NCBI GenBank assembly: GCA_019752125.1
Contig: JAIEMM010000002.1
Coordinates: 3,062-67,061 of the forward strand
Direction: 5' to 3'
DNA: 64,000 nucleotides
DNA from: Patescibacteria group bacterium
GTDB taxonomy: Bacteria; Patescibacteriota; Minisyncoccia; Phycocordibacterales; SBAW01
The notes beneath the pieces are model-generated. The model was not told the DNA's origin. It ran no database searches and worked only from the letters and a program-made list of their open reading frames with translations. The position numbers and the translations under genes were made by a program. Below are positions 19,957 through 34,362 of the stretch, one piece after another (positions within the stretch are counted from its first letter, which is position 1; every line of letters starts with the position of its first letter).

Positions 19957-20496
19957 TCAGACAAGGGAGGTTTCGAAGGTGAGAACATAGGGCTTCAACC
20001 CCTTCGGTAGAGGCGACACTTCACGAAGACGCTCCATGAAAAACTCGAGCGCAAGCACTTCGTGTTCATTAACCCGATCAAGGGGAAGAACTGCCGGAGG
20101 GTCGGGGCGTTGCAGTTTTACCAAAACGCCGTCCTCGAACGTAATAAACAACCCCCTGTGCCACCTGCACTCAATCTGTACAGTTTCAACCAGACCGCGG
20201 CCGTTTTGCCAGGCAGCAGTATGTTCAATCCGTACGCGGTCATTGTACACATGGCTCTGGTTCCGGATGCCGCGTGGCCCAACAATGGTGCGCTCCACTT
20301 CAAATTTACTCAGATCAACTGAGGCAAGATCTTCAAGGTGGAGATTGGAAAAACCCCAGATGCGTCTCCAAACTACCTCGAGGCGATCACGTGCCCGGAG
20401 ACACTTGAGCCATAGCCACGCGACGATAATAGCGAGAACCATATGGTGGATGTACCAACGCTGGAAGCGATTATGTAGTGATTGTACAAGCGACAT
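19957..20496 (-). CDS. hypothetical membrane-anchored protein (GC-rich ORFan)
   Basis: 179 aa starting MSLVQSL, with SD aagggggc upstream and one N-terminal TM segment. Elevated GC. Confidence 0.35.
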   Translation of the reverse strand: MSLVQSLHNRFQRWYIHHMVLAIIVAWLWLKCLRARDRLEVVWRRIWGFSNLHLEDLASVDLSKFEVERTIVGPRGIRNQSHVYNDRVRIEHTAAWQNGRGLVETVQIECRWHRGLFITFEDGVLVKLQRPDPPAVLPLDRVNEHEVLALEFFMERLREVSPLPKGLKPYVLTFETSLV

Positions 20497-20576
20497 AGTC
20501 GCCCCCTTTCCGGCCATTTCTGGCCTAATTGATTCAAAGAACCTGCAAAAAGATTACAGGGTAAAACTAGTCCGGT

Positions 20577-21833
20577 CTAGTAGCTGCGGAGGCGCTTAGC
20601 CTTGTCGTGAGTGCGGATGCGCTCAAGGGCTTTTGCTTCAATCTGGCGAATGCGTTCGCGCGTAACGCCGAACTTCTTACCTACTTCTTCAAGTGTATGG
20701 TAGATGCCGTCTTCAAGGCCGTGGCGGAGTTTCAAAATTTCGCGCTCTTTTGGAGAAAGCTCGTCGAGGATCTCGTGGAGCTGGTCGCCCAAGATGCGGC
20801 GAGACACTTCCTGGTCTGGAGAAAGGATTTTGTCATCTTTAATAAAGTCGCCGAGTACTGACTTTCCGTCATCGTCATCTGAACCAACTGGGCTTTCAAG
20901 CGAGACAGTATCTTGGTCGATCTTTTCAATTTGGTAAATCTTATCTACATCGACACCCATTTCAAGTGCAATTTCTTCAGCAAGTGGGTCGCGGCCAAGG
21001 TCTTGTGCCAAGCGACGTGAGACTTGCTTGTATTTAGCGATAGTTTCAACCATGTGCACCGGAATGCGGATGGTGCGGCTTTGGTCGGCGAGGGCGCGTG
21101 TAATAGCCTGGCGGATCCACCAGGTGGCATACGTTGAGAATTTGTATCCCTTTGTATAGTCGAATTTATCTACGGCTTTAAAGAGGCCAAGGTTCCCTTC
21201 CTGAATAAGGTCCAAAAGTGTAAGGTCAGGAGAGCGGCCTACGTATTTCTTTGCAATAGAAACCACCAAACGGAGGTTTGCGCGAGCAAGCAAGTTACGA
21301 GCTTCGCCGTCCCCTTCTACAATGCGTTTCGCGTAGTCGCGCTCTTGCTGAGCATTAAGCAGCGGGTAGCGGCCGATTTCACGGAGATACATCTGGATAG
21401 AATCGTATGAAGAGTCGGAGCGAGAATAGCCTTTCTCAAGCGGCTCAGATTCAATCTCAAGCATGCCGCCCCCTTCGAGTACGTCGATGTGTGCGGTTGA
21501 GAATTTGTCGTACAACTCTTCAAGAAAATCGACATCGGTTTCGATATTTGGAAATACTTTCAGAATTTCATCATAGGTAACGAAGCCACGCTGACGACCG
21601 CTCGCCATCAACGTTTCTGCTTTTTTATTTTGGTCGTTCTGTTTTTTAGCAGCCGCAGGACTTACTTTGACTACCGCGGGCTTTACTTTCTTTGCAGGAG
21701 ATTTTTTAGGAGCAACCTTGGCGCGGCGTTTTGCTGCAGCAGCACGAAAATTCTTCGCTTTTACAATAACGCTTTTAGCACGCTTCGCTGCCTTCGCAGG
21801 TTTGCGTTTTACTGCCTTTTTAGTTTTCGCCAT
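20577..21833 (-). CDS. rpoD: RNA polymerase sigma-70 factor RpoD with a Lys/Ala-rich histone-H1-like N-terminal tail
   Basis: Regions 2-4 are conserved ([49 protein letters not shown]). The N-terminal ~70 aa are an AKKP repeat tract. Confidence 0.9.
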   Translation of the reverse strand: MAKTKKAVKRKPAKAAKRAKSVIVKAKNFRAAAAKRRAKVAPKKSPAKKVKPAVVKVSPAAAKKQNDQNKKAETLMASGRQRGFVTYDEILKVFPNIETDVDFLEELYDKFSTAHIDVLEGGGMLEIESEPLEKGYSRSDSSYDSIQMYLREIGRYPLLNAQQERDYAKRIVEGDGEARNLLARANLRLVVSIAKKYVGRSPDLTLLDLIQEGNLGLFKAVDKFDYTKGYKFSTYATWWIRQAITRALADQSRTIRIPVHMVETIAKYKQVSRRLAQDLGRDPLAEEIALEMGVDVDKIYQIEKIDQDTVSLESPVGSDDDDGKSVLGDFIKDDKILSPDQEVSRRILGDQLHEILDELSPKEREILKLRHGLEDGIYHTLEEVGKKFGVTRERIRQIEAKALERIRTHDKAKRLRSY

Positions 21834-21860
21834 ATTTGAAAATAATATACCAGAAAAACC

Positions 21861-23633
21861 CTATTTGCGCAATTCCTGCTGGCGTTTTTTAAGCGTTGCC
21901 AGCTTCTGCATTAACATACCCTGAGCCTCAGGAAGCGCTGCGTAAAGTTCATCTCGAACTCGGGCCATTTCCTCATCTATAAGACCCCGCTCAAGAACCT
22001 CGAGCAATTCTGCCACAATAGCATTTTTGTCCTCTCCCAACGATTCAAACTCAAAACGAAACTTTTCTGCACCGTCGGCGAATGCGTGCTCGATGTGCTC
22101 TTTGCGAGAAGCTCCTAGTAATGTTTCTACACGTTGCTTAGTACTTTCGTCTGTATCATAAAATAGCAGCAACGCAGCGGTGCGCTCCAAAGAAGAAGGT
22201 TGGTTCCCTGTTTCTACTGCCGCAGGAGTATCGCCTTCGACTTCGTTTATAGACAATACCGGTCGCTTTATAACTTCTGCATGAATTGCCGCCTCAGGCA
22301 CGCGCAAACGTCCTGCAACCGTGCGAGTAAAATGCGCTTGTTCTATCTTGCTTTGAATGGCTGCGATAAGTGGAACAACCTGCGCTTCTACAAGTTTTGC
22401 GTAGGCACGTTCATCTCGTGCCTGAGGACGGAGTACGTCCAAGAAAAATTCTATCGAGGCTTTTGACGTGCGGATTGCCTGCTTTAGTGACTCTGAATCT
22501 TCTTTAGCAATATCTGCAGGATCTTTTCCATCTTTAAAATTTGGAATCTTTACATCAAAACCCATCTTGAGCGCCATCTGTGCACTCTTAAGGCCAGCAC
22601 GAATACCAGCCGCATCACCATCGAGCGCGAGTACAAGGCGTTTTGAATATCGCGAGAGAAGAGAGAGATGTTCTTCAGTAATTGCTGTACCAGAACTTGC
22701 GACAGCGAATGGAAGGCCGGACTGGTGGCTCATAATGACATCGAACTGTCCTTCTACGAGCAACACACAATCTGCCTTGCGGATAAAATTCTTTGCCTTA
22801 TCCAATCCATACAGCACGCGCGATTTTTTAAAGATCGGAGTTTCAGGACTGTTTACATATTTTGCCGGTTCAGCCCGCGGTTCCGGAGCCCGCAAAGTCC
22901 CTTCGGGACCGCGGGCCTGGGCTTTGCGGGCTTCGCCTTCCATCTCTTCAAAGAATCTGCCTGAAAACGCGATAACCTTCCCTCCCGCGTCAAACAGCGG
23001 GAACATAATGCGCCCACGAAATCGGTCATATATGCTATCGGGCGAGGTCCGACCTCCCCCATTAGTGGCGAGGTCGGACCTCGCTGGATTAACCGCAAGG
23101 CCTGCTTCAATAATTAAATCTTTGCTATATCCTTTTTTTATTAAATATTCAGAAAGGTCGCGCCAATGCGCTGGCGCATATCCTATTCTCCAACTCTCAA
23201 TAGTTTCGTCTGTGACTCCGCGCTTTTCTTTTAGATATTCCAAAACGTCTGACCTCTTTTTGAGTTCATCTTGAAAGAACGCAGTTGCATCTTCAGACAC
23301 ATCGCGCAGTTGTTCTTCTTTTTCCTTATCTTCTTGTCGTGGAACGTAGGTGTTCTTCAGCACCACACCTGCCTTTGTCGCGAGTTGCTGAAGCGCAGTT
23401 TTAAAATCTATATGTTCTATTTTTTCAACAAAGGTAAAGATGTCGCCCTTCTCGCCACATCCAAAACAAATGTAACTCCCACGCTCTGGTGAAATCATGA
23501 ATGACGGCGTTTTTTCTTTATGAAACGGACAGCGCGCACGCATATTCCTCCCCGCCCGTTCGAGTTTTACATACTCTCCCACCACATCCTGGATAGAAAG
23601 CTTGTCTTTTATCTCCTGTACCTGCGAGTCCAT
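21861..23633 (-). CDS. dnaG: DNA primase
   Basis: CHC2 zinc finger (CPFHKEKTPSFMISPERGSYICFGCGEKGD) and TOPRIM (LVEGQFDVI). Contains two in-frame palindromic insertions. dnaG-rpoD operon arrangement. Confidence 0.9.
   Translation of the reverse strand: MDSQVQEIKDKLSIQDVVGEYVKLERAGRNMRARCPFHKEKTPSFMISPERGSYICFGCGEKGDIFTFVEKIEHIDFKTALQQLATKAGVVLKNTYVPRQEDKEKEEQLRDVSEDATAFFQDELKKRSDVLEYLKEKRGVTDETIESWRIGYAPAHWRDLSEYLIKKGYSKDLIIEAGLAVNPARSDLATNGGGRTSPDSIYDRFRGRIMFPLFDAGGKVIAFSGRFFEEMEGEARKAQARGPEGTLRAPEPRAEPAKYVNSPETPIFKKSRVLYGLDKAKNFIRKADCVLLVEGQFDVIMSHQSGLPFAVASSGTAITEEHLSLLSRYSKRLVLALDGDAAGIRAGLKSAQMALKMGFDVKIPNFKDGKDPADIAKEDSESLKQAIRTSKASIEFFLDVLRPQARDERAYAKLVEAQVVPLIAAIQSKIEQAHFTRTVAGRLRVPEAAIHAEVIKRPVLSINEVEGDTPAAVETGNQPSSLERTAALLLFYDTDESTKQRVETLLGASRKEHIEHAFADGAEKFRFEFESLGEDKNAIVAELLEVLERGLIDEEMARVRDELYAALPEAQGMLMQKLATLKKRQQELRK
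22868..22935. repeat. GC-rich nested inverted-repeat element inserted in-frame in dnaG
   Basis: Arms gcccgcgg/ccgcgggc and gcccgcaaag/ctttgcgggc. Encodes a low-complexity insertion of about 25 aa (MEGEARKAQARGPEGTLRAPEPRAEPA) just before the conserved KYxNSPET primase motif. Confidence 0.6.
23042..23084. repeat. GGTCCGACC-family palindromic element (in-frame in dnaG)
   Basis: 15-nt arms gcgaggtccgacctc / gaggtcggacctcgc with a 13-nt spacer. Encodes ARSDLATNGGGRTSP within dnaG. Confidence 0.65.
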
Positions 23634-23675
23634 CGTGTGCCTATTCTAGCCGTTTTTTCGTCTTTGCGGAGGTAC

Positions 23676-23705
23676 TTGACAAAATATATTAGTATATTGT
23701 AGAAT
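23676..23705 (+). promoter_or_regulatory. consensus sigma70 promoter for the 52-aa GC-rich ORF
   Basis: TTGACA (23676-23681), 18-nt spacer, TAGAAT (23700-23705). An AGGAGG SD sits 5 nt before ATG 23733. Confidence 0.55.
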
Positions 23706-23732
23706 TCAGGCCGGACCTACAAGGAGGATCCG

Positions 23733-23891
23733 ATGTCGAAGCGAGAAGAACTCTTGGTGCAGGCCAGTGAGGCCGAGTCCAGCGCCAGGTCGCGTGCCAA
23801 GTATGATGATCACTCCGGCGCCGAGCAACTTCGGGCCACCGCCGCGCGGCTTCGCAAGGAAGCCGACGAATTGCCCAAGGAAGAATGGTGA
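23733..23891 (+). CDS. 52-aa GC-rich small protein (not in the ORF track)
   Basis: MSKREELLVQASEAESSARSRAKYDDHSGAEQLRATAARLRKEADELPKEEW. Perfect SD and consensus promoter; about 62% GC. The terminator hairpin at 23908-23951 is ggccgcgc...gcgcggcc plus a T-run. Confidence 0.45.
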   Translation: MSKREELLVQASEAESSARSRAKYDDHSGAEQLRATAARLRKEADELPKEEW

Positions 23892-23986
23892 TCTCCCAGG
23901 TACGAACAAGGCCGCGCAACCCAACTGGGAAGCGCGGCCTCAATCTTTTTATATTCTATATTTTACTTGTAGTGAACGCAGTCGAA

Positions 23987-30880
<6,894 letters not shown>

Positions 30881-31187
30881 GGGCTGATAAATGCACGTAG
30901 TACTAAATGCGAAAAAGTGGGCGCGTAAAACGCTCCCCCGCTTGGGCTTATTGCCGTTGCTCCTTCTTGGTCTATAACCTGACCACTATGTAAACTTGTT
31001 TTGAAACCAAGCCCTCAAAACTCATTCTACTCTTCTAGCTTTCGCCTCAGAGTGCCCCGCCTTGTTTCGTTAACCAGTATACCCCTCCCGTCGTTCACGT
31101 CAAGTTTATCTGCCGCTAGGCAGGCTCATGTGGGTAAAATAAAAGACCGCCCTACCCTGGAGGGGTAGAACGGTCGAGATTGAAGGG

Positions 31188-31412
31188 CTACTTGCCCACG
31201 CCGACCGCGGAAGGAGCCCCGAGAGGCTGCCAACCTTTTTCGGTCATCACCTGCAACGGGCCGGCTTCGACCACGGGCTTACCCTGACAGTGCGGATTCC
31301 GCGCACAGAGCTTGACCCCGAAGGCACCCCTCACCTTGAGAGAGCCGCAGCCACAGGATTCGCCCGACCGAGCCGGAGCCGGAGCCGCGATCAGATTGGT
31401 TCGCTTTGCCAT
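31188..31412 (-). CDS. 74-aa GC-rich Cys-containing small protein
   Basis: About 65% GC; motifs CGCGS...C...HCQG. Followed on the minus strand by a hairpin (ctaccc..gggtag) and a T-run near 31150-31185. Confidence 0.35.
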   Translation of the reverse strand: MAKRTNLIAAPAPARSGESCGCGSLKVRGAFGVKLCARNPHCQGKPVVEAGPLQVMTEKGWQPLGAPSAVGVGK

Positions 31413-31449
31413 TGTCTTGAACTCACTATTTTCTGGGTTGGAGAGTCGA

Positions 31450-31581
31450 TTACTTCTGGTTCATGCCCTTGGCAGACTTGTCCTGGGGCTGACTGCCCCA
31501 GAACTTGTCCTCCTTCACTCCCGACGAACACCCACCGTTGGGGACCTTTTGCATGCCCTTAGCAAATTTCGGCTTCGCCAT
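31450..31581 (-). CDS. 43-aa Lys-rich small protein (not in the ORF track)
   Basis: MAKPKFAKGMQKVPNGGCSSGVKEDKFWGSQPQDKSAKGMNQK. SD aaggga upstream; putative promoter TTGACT-17-TATGGT at about 31620-31650 (minus strand). Confidence 0.3.
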   Translation of the reverse strand: MAKPKFAKGMQKVPNGGCSSGVKEDKFWGSQPQDKSAKGMNQK

Positions 31582-31705
31582 TTTGAACGTTCCCTTGTTG
31601 GAAGAACAATCTATAGAAAATATGTAAGGTTTGGACCCTCACATAACGATGACCATACTCCTCATCAAATCTTCAGTCAACGGAAGTTATAAACCTTTCC
31701 CTCGA

Positions 31706-32422
31706 CTACGCTCGGGGCAAACCACTCTGGCGCTTGGTGCGTTGAGTATCTATATTTGCGTGATGGCCTGAAAGTAGGACCTTCGGCACGCGATATTCTT
31801 TCTTCTTGTGAGTGAATACTTCAGGGCGAGTGTAGACATCGTGGCTTGCAACACGTTCCTCTTCCAACGATTCAAACTTGCCTAAAACACCCTTAATCTG
31901 ACGTGCAGTCGAATCAATAATAGTAAGCGCTGGAACTTCCCCGCCGGTCAAAATATACGGACCGACTGAAATCTCTTCCGCTTTCAAAATCTTCTTTACG
32001 CGGGCATCAATCCCCTCGTATCTGCCGCACAAAATAATCACTTCTTTTTCTTTTGCGAGTTTCTTAGCGTATGCATTAGTAAACTCCTTCCCACCCGCCG
32101 AAGTGATAAGAATTTTTGGTCTTGCTTGTCTAGTCCCATATATGGGACTAGATTTCGATTTACCCGTTATTTTTTCTACTGCTTTGATGAACGGCCCTGC
32201 CTGCAGCACCATGCCCGGGCCGCCGCCGTACGCTTTGTCGTCTACTTTTTTATAAAACCACTCTTTTGTCCCGCGAACTCCCTTTGCAGGAGCGCTCACA
32301 AAATCACGCAGTTGGTACGCCTTAACGCTCAGAAGTTTGTTTTTCTGGGCACGCCCCAAAATAGACGCGCTTGTATACGCTTCAATAACCTCTGGGAAGA
32401 GTGTTACTACGTGAAATTTCAT
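31706..32422 (-). CDS. trmD: tRNA (guanine37-N1)-methyltransferase
   Basis: MKFHVVTLFPEVIEAY N-terminus and LCGRYEGIDARV SPOUT motif. Carries an in-frame palindromic insertion encoding SSPIYGTRQ at 32129-32152. Confidence 0.85.
   Translation of the reverse strand: MKFHVVTLFPEVIEAYTSASILGRAQKNKLLSVKAYQLRDFVSAPAKGVRGTKEWFYKKVDDKAYGGGPGMVLQAGPFIKAVEKITGKSKSSPIYGTRQARPKILITSAGGKEFTNAYAKKLAKEKEVIILCGRYEGIDARVKKILKAEEISVGPYILTGGEVPALTIIDSTARQIKGVLGKFESLEEERVASHDVYTRPEVFTHKKKEYRVPKVLLSGHHANIDTQRTKRQSGLPRA
32129..32152. repeat. AGTCCCATATATGGGACT-family perfect palindrome (in-frame in trmD)
   Basis: tctagtcccata|tatgggactaga, 24 nt. The same core occurs at 38893-38918 and 39378-39397. Confidence 0.7.
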
Positions 32423-32509
32423 AATTCGCACAATACCATAGTTTTATTGCATTCATAGGCTCGAATGCTATAGTGCGCGCAGTAGCACATCAACTGGAAA
32501 GGACATCGA

Positions 32510-33403
32510 ATGTGCATTCTGCGTGATGGAACTATGTGCATCCTTCTTTCGCGAGGCGAACAGTTGGCGCAGCACAATTTCGAGGAGCGTAAGGGGCCTT
32601 ACCCCAAAGCGCTCGCCGACCGCCTGCACGAGCAAGGAATCATGACTCGTGATGAACATCTACGGCAGAGTCTGCTCCGGCGAAAGGAGCATATCGAAAG
32701 GTATGCTCAGCAGGGGCCTAGACGCTTCTATCTGGGAATGGACTGTTCTGCTGAAGAGAATGCGTTCATTCATGGGAAGTCTCATGCCTTGCAGGCGGAT
32801 TTTTTCTTCCCGCGTGAACTGTGGGGCCCGATGTTTGAAGGTTTTACAGAACTCCGCAGACAACGCTTCCGCACCCACCTCACCAACTGGCATGGCACTG
32901 CGGAGCAGGCACTGTTTCTACTATCGTACCCCGAGTTCGAGAAATGGTTCGATGAATGTGTACCGAACGAAAAGGAACACGGCCGCAAGAAACGTATCCT
33001 AATCGACCGCGTACTTGCAAACACGAAACTGCTCACGAAAGTCACACAGACAGCTTCGACCCACACGCTGGGCATCATTGCTGAGCGGATGTTCTTCGAC
33101 CTTTCAAGCAACAACGTCACACTTTGGAACAGCGGCGTCCTTGCAATGATCGTCCAAGCGCTTCCGGAACAGCATCGACACCACTTTGAAAGGCTTGGCA
33201 GGATGCGCACCACGCTCCACGCCCTGCCCGAAAATGGTCCGTCGAAAATTTCTGCACACAGTAAGCGTCAAGCGATCAAGAAGCATGTCCGAATTTGCGC
33301 CTATCTGCTCCGAGGCAACCCCTCTATCGTGCGAGACGCTATCAAGCACATAGTTGATAGTCTGACTGCGTCGCAGACACACTCAACCGCGCTCGCCGCC
33401 TGA
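32510..33403 (+). CDS. hypothetical Arg/His-rich protein (GC-rich ORFan) inserted in the rpsP-trmD operon, opposite orientation
   Basis: 297 aa at about 55% GC. Own promoter TTGCAT-16-TATAGT around 32455-32485 and SD aaagga. Terminator hairpin aacgcc...ggcgtttttt at 33411-33446. Confidence 0.4.
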   Translation: MCILRDGTMCILLSRGEQLAQHNFEERKGPYPKALADRLHEQGIMTRDEHLRQSLLRRKEHIERYAQQGPRRFYLGMDCSAEENAFIHGKSHALQADFFFPRELWGPMFEGFTELRRQRFRTHLTNWHGTAEQALFLLSYPEFEKWFDECVPNEKEHGRKKRILIDRVLANTKLLTKVTQTASTHTLGIIAERMFFDLSSNNVTLWNSGVLAMIVQALPEQHRHHFERLGRMRTTLHALPENGPSKISAHSKRQAIKKHVRICAYLLRGNPSIVRDAIKHIVDSLTASQTHSTALAA

Positions 33404-33459
33404 ACAAACAACGCCCCGGAGTTATCCGAGGCGTTTTTTCTTTTTAGAAATTTGAGAGA

Positions 33460-33834
33460 TTAAAAATTACCCAAGCTGTCCATTGCTTCATCAATAGACT
33501 TCATCTGTGGAGTTGTAGGAGCTTCGTGAGTTCCATCCCAACCAGTGTTAGCGCTGCCGCCACCATGTTCTGCTGAACGCACGCCGCCTACTGGTTCGTT
33601 AATTTTCAAGTTAACGCGGGCGTTGTGCTTCATGCCGACAACGCGGAGAAGCGTGCGGATTGCCTTTGCGGTATTGCCCGAACGGCCGATGACTTTGCCC
33701 ATATCTTCTTGATTGAGATCAAGCATAAGGAGCACGCCCATCTCGTCTACGGTGCGAGTGATCTTAACGTCTTCCGGGTGGTCAACCAAACCCTTAACGA
33801 CAAACTCCAAAAACTCCTGATCTTTTTCTGTCAT
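33460..33834 (-). CDS. KH-domain RNA-binding protein (YlqC/UPF0109 family) with C-terminal extension
   Basis: GKVIGRSGNTAKAIRTLL KH motif; conserved position downstream of rpsP. C-terminal Gly/Thr-rich tail of about 40 aa. Confidence 0.7.
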   Translation of the reverse strand: MTEKDQEFLEFVVKGLVDHPEDVKITRTVDEMGVLLMLDLNQEDMGKVIGRSGNTAKAIRTLLRVVGMKHNARVNLKINEPVGGVRSAEHGGGSANTGWDGTHEAPTTPQMKSIDEAMDSLGNF

Positions 33835-33875
33835 CTCTGAATATTTAATTGTAGTAATTGAGCACTACCTGAAGT

Positions 33876-34271
33876 TTAGGCTTGTGGAGCTTCCTGCGCA
33901 ACTGAATTATCCTCAGGTGTCGTTTCTGTTGGAGCAGCGGCTTCTTCAACTACTGCAGCTGGTGCTGGAGTTTCTGCAGGGGCTTCGGCAACTGGAGCTG
34001 CTTTGAACGCTGGAAGAATGTTTATCTTCTTTGCGTCAATTATTTTTTGAGATACGAGGAGGTTGTGTACGGTGTCAGAAACTGTTGCGCCTTGTGACAT
34101 CCAGTGTTTGATGCGCTCTCCGTTAAGTTCAACACGGTTCATTTTCGGATTGTAAGAACCAACCATTTCGGTGTATTTACCTGGTTGTGGCTTGCGTTTG
34201 CTTTCAACGACAATAACCCGGTATGACGGGTCGTTCTTTCTTCCTACGCGGCTGAGTCTGATGGTCAACAT
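33876..34271 (-). CDS. rpsP: 30S ribosomal protein S16 with Ala/Pro/Glu-rich C-terminal extension
   Basis: MLTIRLSRVGRKNDPSYRVIVVES N-terminus. The tracked ORF extends 22 codons further upstream. Confidence 0.85.
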   Translation of the reverse strand: MLTIRLSRVGRKNDPSYRVIVVESKRKPQPGKYTEMVGSYNPKMNRVELNGERIKHWMSQGATVSDTVHNLLVSQKIIDAKKINILPAFKAAPVAEAPAETPAPAAVVEEAAAPTETTPEDNSVAQEAPQA

Positions 34272-34362
34272 ATGTTCTAAGTAAAATGCCCCTCGTGGGG
34301 ATGGCGATACTCTAGCAGGATGCTGGTAAAACGTCAATGAATGCGCTAGTATACGCTTATTA

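Noticed and set aside
23672-23951. The GC-rich promoter-to-terminator units (also 31150-31700 and 55695-56152) as structured ncRNAs (SRP RNA, RNase P RNA, tmRNA, 6S)
   Set aside because: No conserved motifs were found (SRP domain IV AGGUCCGGAAGGAAGCAGC, RNase P GGAAAGUCCGG / ACAGAANCCGGCUUA, tmRNA ends). Each unit has a well-placed SD and an open frame. Cannot be fully excluded without covariance models.
31188-31581. The small Lys/Cys-rich ORFs after trmD as the missing ribosomal proteins (L19 or another small r-protein)
   Set aside because: The sequences do not match RplS or any small r-protein signature I know (L28, L32, L33, L34, L35, L36, S21). GC is far above that of the other ribosomal genes.
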